64,000 nucleotides of DNA from Bythopirellula sp. (GCA_965216565.1 OZ244170.1:2304001-2368000); one strand, 5' to 3'. Numbered from the stretch's first letter, positions 1-11,129 are shown. The notes: generated by a model not told the origin, from the letters alone. Program-made: numbers and translations.

Positions 1-356
1 TAGTGAATGCGGGTCATATGCCTCCCTTGCTACGACAGCGGGAAGGCGAGGTGCTGGAAATTGGTGGCGAAGAGGCCGGATTGCCGCTCGGCGTAATGGA
101 AGATTACGAGTACGAGGCGTACAAGCGCAAACTGGAACCGGCCGACTTTCTTACCATATTCACCGACGGCTTTAGCGAAGCGATGGATTCCAACCGCGAT
201 CTATTCGGCATGGAAAAACTCATCGAAGTCGTTGGCAATCGCGAAGTAGGCTCGCACGACCTGGGCAAGCATGTGCTGCAGAATGTTCGCGACTTTGCAG
301 GAGACTATCCCCAAAGCGACGACATGTGTCTAGTTTGCTTTGGTCGCGACGAATGA
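1..356 (+). CDS. SpoIIE/PP2C-type serine phosphatase, C-terminal part (5' truncated by window edge)
   Basis: Motifs NAGHMPP, LPLG, FTDGFSEA and QSDDMCLV are typical of SpoIIE/RsbU phosphatase domains. Confidence 0.9.
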   Translation, partial: VNAGHMPPLLRQREGEVLEIGGEEAGLPLGVMEDYEYEAYKRKLEPADFLTIFTDGFSEAMDSNRDLFGMEKLIEVVGNREVGSHDLGKHVLQNVRDFAGDYPQSDDMCLVCFGRDE

Positions 357-365
357 CCAGAGTTT

Positions 366-444
366 GATGTGAGATCTTTGATCGACGATGTTAGTTCTTG
401 TAGCCTGAACTTTTTCTTACATCAACAATCACAGATCTTACATC
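366..444. repeat. Imperfect inverted repeat between convergent genes (possible bidirectional terminator)
   Basis: GATGTGAGATCTTTGATCGACGATGT (366-391) versus ACATCAACAATCACAGATCTTACATC (419-444): 21/26 complementary. Confidence 0.5.
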
Positions 445-453
445 ACACATCCA

Positions 454-681
454 TTAGGCCCAGTTGACTTGCAACTGATTCTCAACGCGTTCGACTCCAT
501 CGAGTCGCAACACGATTTCTTGGGCCATCTGTTTCTGAAAGAATGAGGCAACTGTGCCTTCGATGCGAACATGTCCCTCATCGTGCTCGACAACCATGTC
601 TTGATTGACGATATAGGGGCTATTGGAGAGTGCCCCGTGAATTTTTTCGATGAGTGGCTGAGAGGTTAGGATCGCTTCCAT
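454..681 (-). CDS. BON domain protein
   Basis: GHVRIEGTVASFFQKQMAQE...GVERVENQLQV fits a BON domain. Start placed at MEAIL (681) rather than 741. Confidence 0.8.
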   Translation of the reverse strand: MEAILTSQPLIEKIHGALSNSPYIVNQDMVVEHDEGHVRIEGTVASFFQKQMAQEIVLRLDGVERVENQLQVNWA

Positions 682-1082
682 TGTTTGCTCGTGCTCGGTA
701 GAAGGGCGGGAGGGGCCAGGCATTCCGAAGGGCGGAGACAAGCGTCAGCAGACTGCTGCTCCAAATCAATATCGGCCATGAATTGACTCCAGGCCCAGTT
801 CAGCAGACTTCCGATCAGGAAATTGCAGAAAACTTGTCCGGTCGTGCGGGGTCTGCAGATTGCACGAGGATTTTTCAGGGGCGGGACCCCACCAAAGGCC
901 CACCTCGCCATAGCAATCCCCCGGCTCCGCCGGGGGATTGCGGCTGGTTACATTGTTGCGCGATGCCCTGATTCTACCCGCGGCTAGCGCCGTCGGCTCA
1001 CGGTGCCGCTGCTGGGCATTGGCACACATTAAGAATTCGACCTTCCGCCATCCGCAATCCAAAATCGGCGATCCGAACTCTT

Positions 1083-2711
1083 CTAAGCCTGCAGCCAGGA
1101 GGGCAGTTCGCCCGCGGGTGGTAGATGAATGACTTTGGCGCTGGTGATCGATCCCATCTGCCGCACTTCTTCCAGGGCTTCCTGCGAAGGTTCGCCGTCG
1201 ATGTTTAATACACCCACCGCATTGCCGCCTGGTTCGTCGGTAGCCCGACCGACAGCCATTTGCGCGATATTTACTCCGTGCTTGCCAAACACCGTACCGA
1301 CGCCGCCGATGATCCCCGGCACATCTTCGTGACAGAAAATGAGCATGCAGCCGTCCAAATAGGCTTCGAGCCGATAACCATCCAACGCCACCAGCCGCGC
1401 CATCGATTGGCCGAAGATGGTCCCGGTCGCCTCATGGGTCGACTGGTCGGAAATCACTTCCACGGTCATGGAAGATCGGAACGAACCCATTTCGGTGGTC
1501 GACTCCGTCGACAGATCGATGCCGCGCTCCTGCAACAGCAACTCGGCATTGACAAGGTTTACCTCTTCGTCGAGCGCGTTTTGCAACAGTCCCGCCGCAA
1601 AGGCTGAATTGAGAACCTTGGTTTCGCGGCTGGCCAATTCGCCACGATAGTGGAGCCGGCAAGTCTTGATGCCGCCTTCCTGCAGTTGTGCCAGGAGTTG
1701 ACCCAGGCGATAGGCAACATCGGGATAGCCGTGCAACGACTCGAGCGTCTTGGCGTCGATGGGAGCCACGTTCACCGCGTGACGGATTGTGCCGGTGTTG
1801 AGGTACTCGGTCAGCAGCCCCACGGCCTCGACAGCCACTTGGGTTTGAGCCTCATCGGTGCTCGCTCCCAAATGCGGCGTGCAGAGCACTCCTGGCATGC
1901 CAAACAGCGGGCTATCGGTGCAGGGCTCCTCGGCATAGACATCGAGCGCGACGCCAGCGATTTTTCCCGACTCGATTCCCGCGGCTAACGCCTGTTCGTT
2001 GTAAATGCCGCCCCGAGCACAATTCACGAGCCGAGCGCCCGGCTTCATGATCTCTACCTGATCGACATCAATTAAATTTCGAGTCTCGTCGGTCAGGGGA
2101 GTATGCACTGTCAGATAGTCAATCTTCGGTAGCATCTCGGCAACGGTGTCGACCGCTTCGATGCCAAACTCTTGCGCTCGTTCTTTCGACATAAAAGGAT
2201 CATAACCGAGTACACGCATTTCCAAGGCTTGAGCCCGCTGCGCCACGGCCAAACCGATGCGACCCAGTCCCACCACGCCGAGGGTTTTGCCTGCGACCTG
2301 GGTGCCCATGTATTTTTTGCGATCCCAACGCCCTTCGATCAAACTCTGATTGGCAGGTGCCACGTTACGCGACATCGCCAGCATCAGCGTGATCGCATGC
2401 TCCGCCGTGCTGAGCGTGTTACCCGCGGGAGTATTCATCACCACAATACCGGCACGCGTGGCTGCGGGCTTGTCGATGTTGTCCGTCCCCACCCCGGCAC
2501 GGACGACCGCCTTCAAGCGTCGATTGCCTTCCAGCACATCCGCTGTCAGCTTCACACCACTTCGGCAGATGGCGCCATCGAATTCATTGAGCGTGTTGCG
2601 AAGCTCATCACCCTTCAGCCCGGTGCGGACTTCATAAGTGATGCCGTCACTGGCATCGAGCAAAGCGAGGCCGTCTTGGGAAAGGTCGTCGAGAACTACT
2701 ACGCTGGGCAT
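1083..2711 (-). CDS. serA: D-3-phosphoglycerate dehydrogenase (with ASB/ACT domains)
   Basis: RAGVGTDNID, GLGRIG, NCARGG, TPHLGAST and a C-terminal ACT domain (DVPGIIG); adjacent to serC. Confidence 0.97.
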   Translation of the reverse strand: MPSVVVLDDLSQDGLALLDASDGITYEVRTGLKGDELRNTLNEFDGAICRSGVKLTADVLEGNRRLKAVVRAGVGTDNIDKPAATRAGIVVMNTPAGNTLSTAEHAITLMLAMSRNVAPANQSLIEGRWDRKKYMGTQVAGKTLGVVGLGRIGLAVAQRAQALEMRVLGYDPFMSKERAQEFGIEAVDTVAEMLPKIDYLTVHTPLTDETRNLIDVDQVEIMKPGARLVNCARGGIYNEQALAAGIESGKIAGVALDVYAEEPCTDSPLFGMPGVLCTPHLGASTDEAQTQVAVEAVGLLTEYLNTGTIRHAVNVAPIDAKTLESLHGYPDVAYRLGQLLAQLQEGGIKTCRLHYRGELASRETKVLNSAFAAGLLQNALDEEVNLVNAELLLQERGIDLSTESTTEMGSFRSSMTVEVISDQSTHEATGTIFGQSMARLVALDGYRLEAYLDGCMLIFCHEDVPGIIGGVGTVFGKHGVNIAQMAVGRATDEPGGNAVGVLNIDGEPSQEALEEVRQMGSITSAKVIHLPPAGELPSWLQA

Positions 2712-2776
2712 GTCGAATTAGGGGCTAGGTGTTAGGGGCTAGAGGCTAGGGATTCTTCGATTCAGGGATTGCGAAA

Positions 2777-2905
2777 GTCCCTCTCCCCTTTGGGGAGAGG
2801 TTAGGTGAGGGGCTTCTGCGTATGAGAACGGCCTCAGCAAAGAAACGTAATATCGTATAACAAATTCAACCCTCTCCTAACCCCTCCATTTCAAGGGAGA
2901 GGGAT
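2777..2905. repeat. REP/REPIN-like pair of inverted GC-rich palindromic units
   Basis: GTCCCTCTCCCCTTTGGGGAGAGGTTAGGTGAGGGG (2777-2812) and a near reverse complement CCCTCTCCTAACCCCTCCATTTCAAGGGAGAGGGA (2870-2904), between serA and serC. Confidence 0.7.
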
Positions 2906-2910
2906 GCGAG

Positions 2911-4005
2911 CTAGGAATTCTGGCCGCGGAAGCGGACCATAAAGTCTCTGAGTGTCTCCGCGCCGGCAACCGGCATGGCATTATAGATCGATGCGCGGAT
3001 GCCGCCTACCGAACGATGTCCCGCCAGGGCCACCATGTTCTCACCATCGGCCTCGGCAACGAATTTTTTAGTCAGCTCATCGCTGGGCAGACGGAATACC
3101 ACATTCATCAACGAACGAGAGTCTTCGTCCGCATGGCATTCATAAAAACCTTCGCTGGAATCGACCGCATCGTACAGCATCTTCGCCTTAGCCTGATTCT
3201 GCTGGTGCATCTTCTCCAGCCCGCCGATCTCATTCTTCAGCCAGTCCGTTACTAAGCGCACCACGTAGATGGCAAACGTGGGGGCGGTATTCATCAGCGA
3301 ACCCGCCTCGGCATGGACACGGTAATTCATGTAGCTGGGCAGTTCGTCGCGACTCCGCTCAAGTAAGTCTTTACGCATAATCACAATCGTCACGCCTGCC
3401 GGGCCGATGTTCTTCTGGGCACAGGCGTAGATCAGTCCGTAGCGATTTATGTCCAGAGGCTTGTAGAGCAAATCGCTAGAGGCATCGCACACCAACGGCG
3501 CGTCGCCACCGGTTGGCTCGTCGGCAAACTGAACACCTTGAATGGTTTCGTTGGAAGTGTAGTGCAGGTACGCGGCATCGGACGTGTGTTGAATTTCTTC
3601 GGCCTTGGGCACCCGCGTGTAGTTGGAGTCGCTACCGTCCCAAACGACCTTGGCTTCGCCTTCCTTCTTGGCTTCCTTCAGTGCGTGTTTTCCCCACGAC
3701 CCGGTCAGCAGATAATCCGCGCCGGAGTGTTGGTCCTGGAGCAGGTTTTGGGGGATCATCGAAAACTGCAGCCGGCTACCTCCCTGAATAAACAGGACGG
3801 CATAGTCCTCTGGGATCGATAGCAGCTCGCGCAAATTGGCCTCCGCCGCCCCGATGATCTCCTTAAAAGTCGCACTGCGATGGCTGATTTCCATGACCGA
3901 AGCACGCGCTGCGGGCAACGCCATCATTTCTTTTTGCACCTGGGCCAGCACCGGCTCTGGCATGGCGGCGGGTCCGGCCGAGAAATTGAAGGCTCGTTGA
4001 GTCAT
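2911..4005 (-). CDS. serC: Phosphoserine aminotransferase
   Basis: FNFSAGPA, SHRS, NETIQG, AQKNIGPAG (PLP lysine) and GHRSVGGIRASIYN. Confidence 0.98.
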   Translation of the reverse strand: MTQRAFNFSAGPAAMPEPVLAQVQKEMMALPAARASVMEISHRSATFKEIIGAAEANLRELLSIPEDYAVLFIQGGSRLQFSMIPQNLLQDQHSGADYLLTGSWGKHALKEAKKEGEAKVVWDGSDSNYTRVPKAEEIQHTSDAAYLHYTSNETIQGVQFADEPTGGDAPLVCDASSDLLYKPLDINRYGLIYACAQKNIGPAGVTIVIMRKDLLERSRDELPSYMNYRVHAEAGSLMNTAPTFAIYVVRLVTDWLKNEIGGLEKMHQQNQAKAKMLYDAVDSSEGFYECHADEDSRSLMNVVFRLPSDELTKKFVAEADGENMVALAGHRSVGGIRASIYNAMPVAGAETLRDFMVRFRGQNS

Positions 4006-4171
4006 TGCGAAGTGTCTCTCTAGGGGTTGGTCAGTGCCTCGAACTAGGCGGCGAGGCGAGATATTCTAATGGTTCCCGCGGGCGTTGGCGATGGGGACGC
4101 GCACTGGTATCTAAGGCCTGGGGAGATTACGCTGACGGGAGCCCAATCTCCCTGCGAGTTTTTTCCAAATC

Positions 4172-6160
4172 ATGCAACCCCCTCCCGCCAGTCCCTCCTC
4201 CCGATCGCCTGCTCCCAGTGGCCCCGCTTGGCGCCGCATTCGGCAGCGGCTCCGCTGGCTGGGGCTGTCGTCCGATGGCCTCACTGTTTTTCTGGCAGGG
4301 ATTGTGGGAATCCTTGCTGGCTGCGGGGCGGCGGTTTTTACCTGGTTGATCGAACTTGTTACCGAATCGAGCATCGGTGCCGCGACAACTCGCGCCGCCA
4401 GCGAACCTCTGTGGACCTGGACACTGCTATTGATCCCCGCGTTCGGTCTGCTCTTAGTTTCGTGGTTCACGCGTCGCTTTGCCCCCGAAACCCAGGGGCA
4501 TGGCGTACCGGAGGTCATCACGGCTGTGGCGCGCAACGATGGCGTCGTCCGGCCCCAGGTGGCTCTGATCAAAACTCTAGCCAGTGCGTTTTGCATCGGG
4601 ACAGGTGGCTCGGTGGGTCGCGAAGGGCCCATTGTGCAAATCGGCTCGGCACTTGGCAGTACGGCGGGACAGTGGTTCGGCCTCACCCCACGCAATGTGA
4701 AAGTTCTGGTCGCCGCCGGCGCCGCCGCTGGCATAAGCGCTACGTTCCACGCCCCCATCGCCGGTGTGATGTTCGCCAGCGAAATCATTCTGGGTAGTTT
4801 TGCCGTGGAGAGCCTCACTTCGATTGTCATCGCCAGCGTCCTGGCCGACGTTGTGCAGCAGCACATTGGCGAACACCGCTTCGAACCTGCCTTTCGCGAG
4901 CTACGCAACTACAATTTCGAAGGGGCCTGGCAGCAACTCCCCTCGTATATCTTGCTGGGGCTTTTCGCGGGAATCGCTGCGGCGGGGTTCATCAAGCTGC
5001 TCTACAAAACCGAAGACCTTTCCGCGAAGTGGATTCCCGCCTGGTGGCAAAGGGCGCTCACACTCGGTGCAATTGTCGGACTCGCAGGAATTCTCTATCC
5101 AATCTCGCCACCGGTACTGTCGCTTGAATCCCAAAAACATGCCGAGCATCACGAAGCCCAGCTTCCGCCCTTGATGGGCGTGGGCTATGGAGTGGTGGAT
5201 CATGCGCTGCACCTCGACGTGGAACAGGAAAAACGAAACTCGAAAAAGTCGTTGGCCGAAGCTACCAAGAATCTGCTCGGCAAATTCACAGGCACCAAAG
5301 CCACCAAGACCGTGATGGTCGAAGGCAAAGAGCTTTGGTCTGAGTTTTGGTGGCTACTGCCATTGGTCTTTCTTAAACCGTTGCTAACGAGCATCACCTT
5401 GGCAGGGGGAGGCTCGGGGGGCGTGTTCGCTCCCTCGCTCTACCTGGGAGCAACACTCGGCGCCTGCGTGGGACTTTTGGCTAATATTTGGTTCCCCGAA
5501 TACAGCAACGCACCGGGCGTATATGCCATCGTAGGAATGGGGGCTGTGGTTGCCGGGACCACCCACGGCATACTTAGTGCCATCTTGATCGTCTATGAAA
5601 TGACCAGCAACTACCAAGTGATCTTGCCCATCATGGCGGCCGCCGGTCTCGCCAGCCTCGTTTCGCGGGCCATCCAACCCGAGAGCATCTACGAGAAAAA
5701 ACTCAGCCGACGGGGTGGATCCATTGCCCGCGGGCATCATTTGCATGGACTCGATCACATCATGGTCCGCGACGTGATGATCCGCGAATTCCCCTCGCTC
5801 AAACACTCCGACACCGTGCTGGAAATCATCCGCGTCGCCCGAGCCAACGCACACATCGAAAGTTTGCCGGTGATGGAGGATGGCAAGCTGGTGGGCATCA
5901 TCCGCAGTTCCGATTTGCACCGCATTCTAGATACCGACGTCGCTCCTCACTTGGTGAATGCCGAGGACATCGCTTCGCGGTCGCCCGTGACTGTTTCTCC
6001 CTCAGAAAATCTCGTCGAAGCACTCCGCGACTTCGGCACGCGCGACGTAGAAACGCTGCCCGTGGAAGTCGGCACAGGAGCCAACCGCCGCCTGGTGGGG
6101 CTACTCTTACGCAACGACGTCATGCGCCGCTACCGCGAGGAAGTGTTGGCGCGGCACTGA
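4172..6160 (+). CDS. ClC family chloride channel/H+-Cl- antiporter with tandem CBS domains
   Basis: GHGVPE, GREGP, GGVFAP and IYE motifs, followed by a CBS pair. Confidence 0.93.
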   Translation: MQPPPASPSSRSPAPSGPAWRRIRQRLRWLGLSSDGLTVFLAGIVGILAGCGAAVFTWLIELVTESSIGAATTRAASEPLWTWTLLLIPAFGLLLVSWFTRRFAPETQGHGVPEVITAVARNDGVVRPQVALIKTLASAFCIGTGGSVGREGPIVQIGSALGSTAGQWFGLTPRNVKVLVAAGAAAGISATFHAPIAGVMFASEIILGSFAVESLTSIVIASVLADVVQQHIGEHRFEPAFRELRNYNFEGAWQQLPSYILLGLFAGIAAAGFIKLLYKTEDLSAKWIPAWWQRALTLGAIVGLAGILYPISPPVLSLESQKHAEHHEAQLPPLMGVGYGVVDHALHLDVEQEKRNSKKSLAEATKNLLGKFTGTKATKTVMVEGKELWSEFWWLLPLVFLKPLLTSITLAGGGSGGVFAPSLYLGATLGACVGLLANIWFPEYSNAPGVYAIVGMGAVVAGTTHGILSAILIVYEMTSNYQVILPIMAAAGLASLVSRAIQPESIYEKKLSRRGGSIARGHHLHGLDHIMVRDVMIREFPSLKHSDTVLEIIRVARANAHIESLPVMEDGKLVGIIRSSDLHRILDTDVAPHLVNAEDIASRSPVTVSPSENLVEALRDFGTRDVETLPVEVGTGANRRLVGLLLRNDVMRRYREEVLARH

Positions 6161-6179
6161 TCTCTGCCATCAACCTGGG

Positions 6180-7556
6180 TCAAACGTTTTCAGCTACAGC
6201 TCGATATACTCCGTAGGCACTAGCTACGAGTATTGCCACCGAGCTGATCCAGAATGCTATGTCGTACAGTACGCTGGGCCTCAATTCTGGTAGGGAGCGA
6301 ACATAGCGGAAATGAATCGCTGCAAACACGACCAGAACCAGAATGACAGAGGTCGCCACGCCGCCCATAATGACCATCATCACTGGCTGTTCTACGAAAA
6401 GAAACGAAGCCGCCCAGCAGGCTGGAATCACCCAGGCTAAGACTGTCATCGTGCGGCGTCGACTATCGACATCGAAGAAATTTATCCAGCCAATTTGCCC
6501 GAAAGCATCTACATACATTCGGGCCCACGCACTCATTGCTGCAAATAGTGACGAAAACAATACGACGAAGGCTCCGCACAGAAACAGGTTCTTTCCCCAC
6601 TGACCTAGCGATTCGGTATACATGGTCGAAAGTGTTTCGATCAACGCATAGCCTTGCGGAATATCGCCCCGTTGATGCAACACCGAGGCACCTAGCACAT
6701 AGAAAGCAGCCGTCACTACCGTGTAGGCGAGCATCGAGAGAATTGCATCCAGATACATCACCCGTGTCCAACCTTGTGCACGAGCCACCCATTGACGATC
6801 GTCAGCCTGGTAGGGTCCGGTCCACGCCGCGTAGCCTTTCTCGATCAACCAATAGTTATAGTGGAGTATTTCGTCGCCGCCGACGCCAGTCAGGCCAAAG
6901 GTTCCGATAATGAAAACCATGGCCCCAGTCGGCAGAGTTCCTTGGAATCCGGTGACCATCGAAGCCCAACTTGTAGCGTACGGGGTCCATTGCAGTGAAA
7001 CGACTGACGCCAGTGTCAACAATGTGAAGAGTCCCAGCAGCACCAGACAAACGCGTTCTACAAACCAATACTGCCTGACCGCAACCAATACTGCCGTTAT
7101 CAGTGCCGCAATCCAACACCAGCCACCAATGGAGATTTGTGGGACCCACACATGCATCACCATGGCTAGTCCCCCCATGATGCCTCCCATCTGCAGAATT
7201 TTGATGGGCTGCAACGCCAACACAATCCAAATCACCCAATGAGCCTTGCCGAGTCGTCCGCCCGGCAACTCGTTCAGAGCCGCCATGCATGTTTGACCGC
7301 TCTGAATCGTATAACGACCAAACTCTAGTTGCAGGGCAACTTTGACCGTGCAGCTGAGCAAGATGATCCACAGCGCGGTGAAACCCGCTTTCGCGCCCAA
7401 CGTTGTGGTTGCGACCAATTCTCCAGATCCAACCACCGAGGCCGAGAGAATAAGCCCCGGTCCAATATGCCGCAAGCAACCCAACCAGGTTGTTGGCGGC
7501 TCGGTGATCCGAGACCCATCGAGTACATAAGGGTCTGCATGAGGAACTAATTCCAT
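6180..7556 (-). CDS. Nramp-like (divalent metal/APC fold) membrane transporter
   Basis: IGPGLILSASVVGSGEL motif and about 11 hydrophobic segments. Start uncertain; MELVPH chosen. Confidence 0.8.
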   Translation of the reverse strand: MELVPHADPYVLDGSRITEPPTTWLGCLRHIGPGLILSASVVGSGELVATTTLGAKAGFTALWIILLSCTVKVALQLEFGRYTIQSGQTCMAALNELPGGRLGKAHWVIWIVLALQPIKILQMGGIMGGLAMVMHVWVPQISIGGWCWIAALITAVLVAVRQYWFVERVCLVLLGLFTLLTLASVVSLQWTPYATSWASMVTGFQGTLPTGAMVFIIGTFGLTGVGGDEILHYNYWLIEKGYAAWTGPYQADDRQWVARAQGWTRVMYLDAILSMLAYTVVTAAFYVLGASVLHQRGDIPQGYALIETLSTMYTESLGQWGKNLFLCGAFVVLFSSLFAAMSAWARMYVDAFGQIGWINFFDVDSRRRTMTVLAWVIPACWAASFLFVEQPVMMVIMGGVATSVILVLVVFAAIHFRYVRSLPELRPSVLYDIAFWISSVAILVASAYGVYRAVAENV

Positions 7557-7745
7557 CAGCTCGTTCCGCGAGAAAAGAGGAGTCGTCGCCGAGTCTAAGG
7601 AACGGGCCATTGCAAAGCAAGAGGTCAACTGCCCCCCAGACAAACCACCCCGAATCCGATAAAATACGGTAGCTGGCCTGGGATTCGGATTCTTCTCGGG
7701 CTACAGCAGATCCCAAATGATCCCGCCGAGTAAGGACCCGTTGCC

Positions 7746-10556
7746 ATGGCAGCCGAAGCAAAAACCGATCCCTTTTCCGCCCGCGATACCTTTGATACCG
7801 GATCCGGACAGGCTGGCATCTATCGTCTCAGCAAATTGGAAGAGGCGGGGCTGACCAAGGTCGCCGAACTGCCGTTTTCCATCCGCGTCTTACTTGAGTC
7901 GCTCCTGCGAAATTGCGATGGATACGTTGTCACCGAGGATGACGTCAAGAATCTTGCCAATTGGACCGCGAGCCGGGGGGTAATCGCCGAGGGCGAAAAC
8001 GGTGTCGAAGTCCCCTTCAAACCAGCCCGCGTGGTACTGCAGGACTTCACTGGCGTCCCTGCCGTGGTAGATCTCGCTGCGATGCGTAGTGCCATGCAGC
8101 GATTGGGTGGCGACCCGAACAGAATCAATCCGCTGGTACCGGCTGACCTCGTGGTCGATCACTCCGTGCAGGTCGACCACTTTGCCAGCGACGACGCGCT
8201 CGATCTCAATATCGAATTGGAGTTTGCCCGCAACCGCGAGCGTTACGAGTTTCTGCGGTGGGGTCAGGACGCGTTCGATAACTTCCGAGTCGTTCCGCCC
8301 GGCACCGGTATTGTGCATCAAGTAAATCTCGAATACCTGGCTAAGTGCGTCTTCCTGCGAGAAGACGACGCCGGCACCGTCGCGGTCCCCGACTCCCTGG
8401 TGGGAACCGATAGCCACACCACCATGATCGACGGCCTCGGCGTCGTTGGCTGGGGCGTCGGTGGCATCGAAGCGGAAGGGGTGATGCTGGGCCAACCGAT
8501 CTACATGCTAATGCCGGAAGTTGTGGGTATGGAACTCACCGGCAAACTCCCAGCCGGGGCCACTGCCACCGACCTGGTGCTAACCGTCACCGAAATCTTG
8601 CGGAAAGAAAAGGTCGTCGGTAAGTTCGTCGAATTCTATGGCGAAGGCGTTTCGAATATGTCGCTAGCCGATCGGGCCACCATCGCCAATATGTCGCCCG
8701 AGTATGGCGCGACCATGGGTTTCTTCCCAATTGATGACGAAACGCTCAGCTACCTCCGTCGGACCGGTCGCACCGAGGAAGAAGTGACGCTCGTCGAGCG
8801 TTACACCAAGGAGCAGGGTCTCTTCCGCACCGACGACACACCGGCACCGAAGTTCACAAAAACAGTGTCGCTGGATGTCTCGACCGTCGAGCCCAGTCTC
8901 GCGGGGCCCAAACGTCCCCAAGATCGGATTGCCCTGTCGGACATGAAAGAAATCTGGCAACGCGATCTGGCCGAGGTCTACGATAAGCATTCTCCCAACG
9001 GCACGCCCGCTGGTCGCTGGGAAGCCGAGGGCGGGCAGCCCGCTCTACCGGGTGCTGCCGAGCCGGATCCTGCCGTGGCGGTGGCCGATCCTGGTTTCGA
9101 TGCCGTGGAGGTGGAGTGGAATGGTCAGCAATTCCCCTTGAAACATGGCAGTGTCGTCATCGCGGCGATCACAAGCTGCACAAACACCTCGAACCCCTCC
9201 GTCATGGTCGCGGCGGGATTGGTGGCAAAAAATGCCGTCGAAAAAGGTCTCACGGTCCCTCCGCACGTGAAGACCAGCCTTGCCCCCGGTTCCCGAGTGG
9301 TGACCGATTATCTGGAAAAGTCGAAGTTGGATGACGACTTGGATCAGATCGGATTTCAGACCGTGGGCTACGGCTGCACAACTTGCATCGGCAACAGTGG
9401 GCCGCTTCCCGAGCCGATCGCGGGAGCCGTCATGGAACACGACTTAGTCGTTGCGGGCGTACTCTCCGGCAATCGCAACTTCGAGGGTCGCATCAACCCC
9501 CACGTCAAAGCCAACTACCTGGCCAGTCCGCCGTTGGTGGTCGCCTATGCCTTGGCAGGCACAACCGACATCGATCTCACTTCCGAAGCGCTCGGCCTAG
9601 GCAACGACGGACCGGTATTCCTCAAAGACATTTGGCCCACGCACAGCGAAGTGCAAAGCGTTGTCGATGCCTGCGTGCTGCCGGAGATGTTCCGAAATCA
9701 ATACGACAACGTTTGGCAGAAGAACGAAAAATGGAATGCCATTGAAGTCACCGGCGGCGACCTCTACGACTGGAACGACGAGAGCACCTATATCCAAGAG
9801 CCGCCGTTCTTGGTCGATATTTCGCCGGAAGTCGATCCGATTGAACCGATTGCAGACGCTCGCTGTTTGGCATTGTTGGGCGATTCGGTGACGACCGACC
9901 ACATTTCGCCGGCGGGAGCCATCGCCACCGACAGCCCGGCGGGATTGTTCTTACAAGCCGCCAGCGTCGAGCCGCGCGACTTCAACAGCTACGGCAGTCG
10001 TCGTGGCAACGACCGGGTAATGACCCGCGGCACGTTTGCCAATATCCGGATCCGCAACCAACTTGCCCCGGGCACCGAGGGCGGCGTTACACGTCACCTC
10101 CCCGACGGCAAACAGATGTCTATCTACGATGCTGCGATGCAGTACCGTGACGACGGCGTGCCGCTAATTGTGCTCGCCGGCAGCGAGTACGGCACCGGCT
10201 CCAGCCGCGACTGGGCCGCCAAAGGGACATTCCTCCTCGGAGTGCGGGCCGTGATTGCCACCAGCTACGAACGCATCCACCGCAGCAACCTGGTCGGTAT
10301 GGGCGTGTTGCCGCTGGAGTTCTCCGCAGGGGAGTCCTGGCAATCCTTAGGGCTCAACGGCGAAGAAGAATTTTCCATTCCCAGCCTCGACGACAACCTC
10401 AAACCGCGTCAATCGCTGAAAGTGATCGCCAAGGCCGGTGACGGTTCCACCAAAGAATTCGACACCACGGTGCGTATCGATACTCCCGTCGAGCTCGACT
10501 ACTACCGTAACGGCGGTATCCTACAAACGGTGCTGCGGAAGTTGCTCAAAGATTAG
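7746..10556 (+). CDS. acnA: Aconitate hydratase A
   Basis: [36 protein letters not shown] and [10 protein letters not shown]. Confidence 0.98.
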   Translation: MAAEAKTDPFSARDTFDTGSGQAGIYRLSKLEEAGLTKVAELPFSIRVLLESLLRNCDGYVVTEDDVKNLANWTASRGVIAEGENGVEVPFKPARVVLQDFTGVPAVVDLAAMRSAMQRLGGDPNRINPLVPADLVVDHSVQVDHFASDDALDLNIELEFARNRERYEFLRWGQDAFDNFRVVPPGTGIVHQVNLEYLAKCVFLREDDAGTVAVPDSLVGTDSHTTMIDGLGVVGWGVGGIEAEGVMLGQPIYMLMPEVVGMELTGKLPAGATATDLVLTVTEILRKEKVVGKFVEFYGEGVSNMSLADRATIANMSPEYGATMGFFPIDDETLSYLRRTGRTEEEVTLVERYTKEQGLFRTDDTPAPKFTKTVSLDVSTVEPSLAGPKRPQDRIALSDMKEIWQRDLAEVYDKHSPNGTPAGRWEAEGGQPALPGAAEPDPAVAVADPGFDAVEVEWNGQQFPLKHGSVVIAAITSCTNTSNPSVMVAAGLVAKNAVEKGLTVPPHVKTSLAPGSRVVTDYLEKSKLDDDLDQIGFQTVGYGCTTCIGNSGPLPEPIAGAVMEHDLVVAGVLSGNRNFEGRINPHVKANYLASPPLVVAYALAGTTDIDLTSEALGLGNDGPVFLKDIWPTHSEVQSVVDACVLPEMFRNQYDNVWQKNEKWNAIEVTGGDLYDWNDESTYIQEPPFLVDISPEVDPIEPIADARCLALLGDSVTTDHISPAGAIATDSPAGLFLQAASVEPRDFNSYGSRRGNDRVMTRGTFANIRIRNQLAPGTEGGVTRHLPDGKQMSIYDAAMQYRDDGVPLIVLAGSEYGTGSSRDWAAKGTFLLGVRAVIATSYERIHRSNLVGMGVLPLEFSAGESWQSLGLNGEEEFSIPSLDDNLKPRQSLKVIAKAGDGSTKEFDTTVRIDTPVELDYYRNGGILQTVLRKLLKD

Positions 10557-10657
10557 CCGCAATGCCACGCATTGCACGGCCATGTGCCGCGTGGCGAGCA
10601 TGAACGGCGATAAGGGGCTCGCATCGCCCGGCCATGTGCCGCGTGGCGGCACGGCTA
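10554..10657. repeat. Small REP-like element: 20-bp direct repeat inside an outer inverted repeat
   Basis: CGGCCATGTGCCGCGTGGCG at 10577-10596 and 10629-10648; outer TAGCCG..GCCACGC / GCGTGGC..CGGCTA. Confidence 0.65.
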
Positions 10658-10682
10658 TTCTCTAATAGCTATGCTTTGACTG

Positions 10683-11129
10683 CTACTTGAAGATTCCCGT
10701 CTTCTGGAACGCTTTGCGTGCCGCCGCTTCGTCTTTTTCGATGTCGAACATCTTGTGTAGCTTGGTGATTTTGAACACCTCGTAGATCTCTTTGGTGATG
10801 CCCGCGAATTTGACCTTGGCGCTATATTCCTTCGATTTCTTTTGAAACTGCACGAGCTTCCCCAGCGCCGACGAGGCCATGAATTGCACGTTGCGGAAAT
10901 CGATGATCACCCGGTCCTCGGTCGACTTGTGCAGCAGAGTGTCGAGTTCCTCAAACATCCGCGTCAGCACAGAGGGGTCCACAAGCCGATCGTCCTCGAT
11001 CCGAATGGTTAGAATTCCATCTTTAGAAGCAGATTGCAAAGCCACGATGCGGTTTCTCCCACGTAGAATGAATAGATCAATTTCCGATAAGACCACTGAT
11101 AGCATCGCACGGCGTTCGGCTTCCTGCAA
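10683..11129 (-). CDS. STAS domain anti-sigma factor antagonist (true start probably ~11044)
   Basis: VIIDFRNVQFMASSALGKL and EVFKITKL. Confidence 0.88.
   Translation of the reverse strand: MQEAERRAMLSVVLSEIDLFILRGRNRIVALQSASKDGILTIRIEDDRLVDPSVLTRMFEELDTLLHKSTEDRVIIDFRNVQFMASSALGKLVQFQKKSKEYSAKVKFAGITKEIYEVFKITKLHKMFDIEKDEAAARKAFQKTGIFK

Noticed and set aside
666..1132. Several short overlapping ORFs between the BON gene and serA
   Set aside because: No recognisable motifs and mutually overlapping; more likely promoter/UTR sequence.
4069..4908. Long alternative-frame ORFs (242 aa +, 265 aa -) over the ClC gene, and similar shadow ORFs across the window
   Set aside because: Antisense or off-frame shadows of well-supported GC-rich genes.
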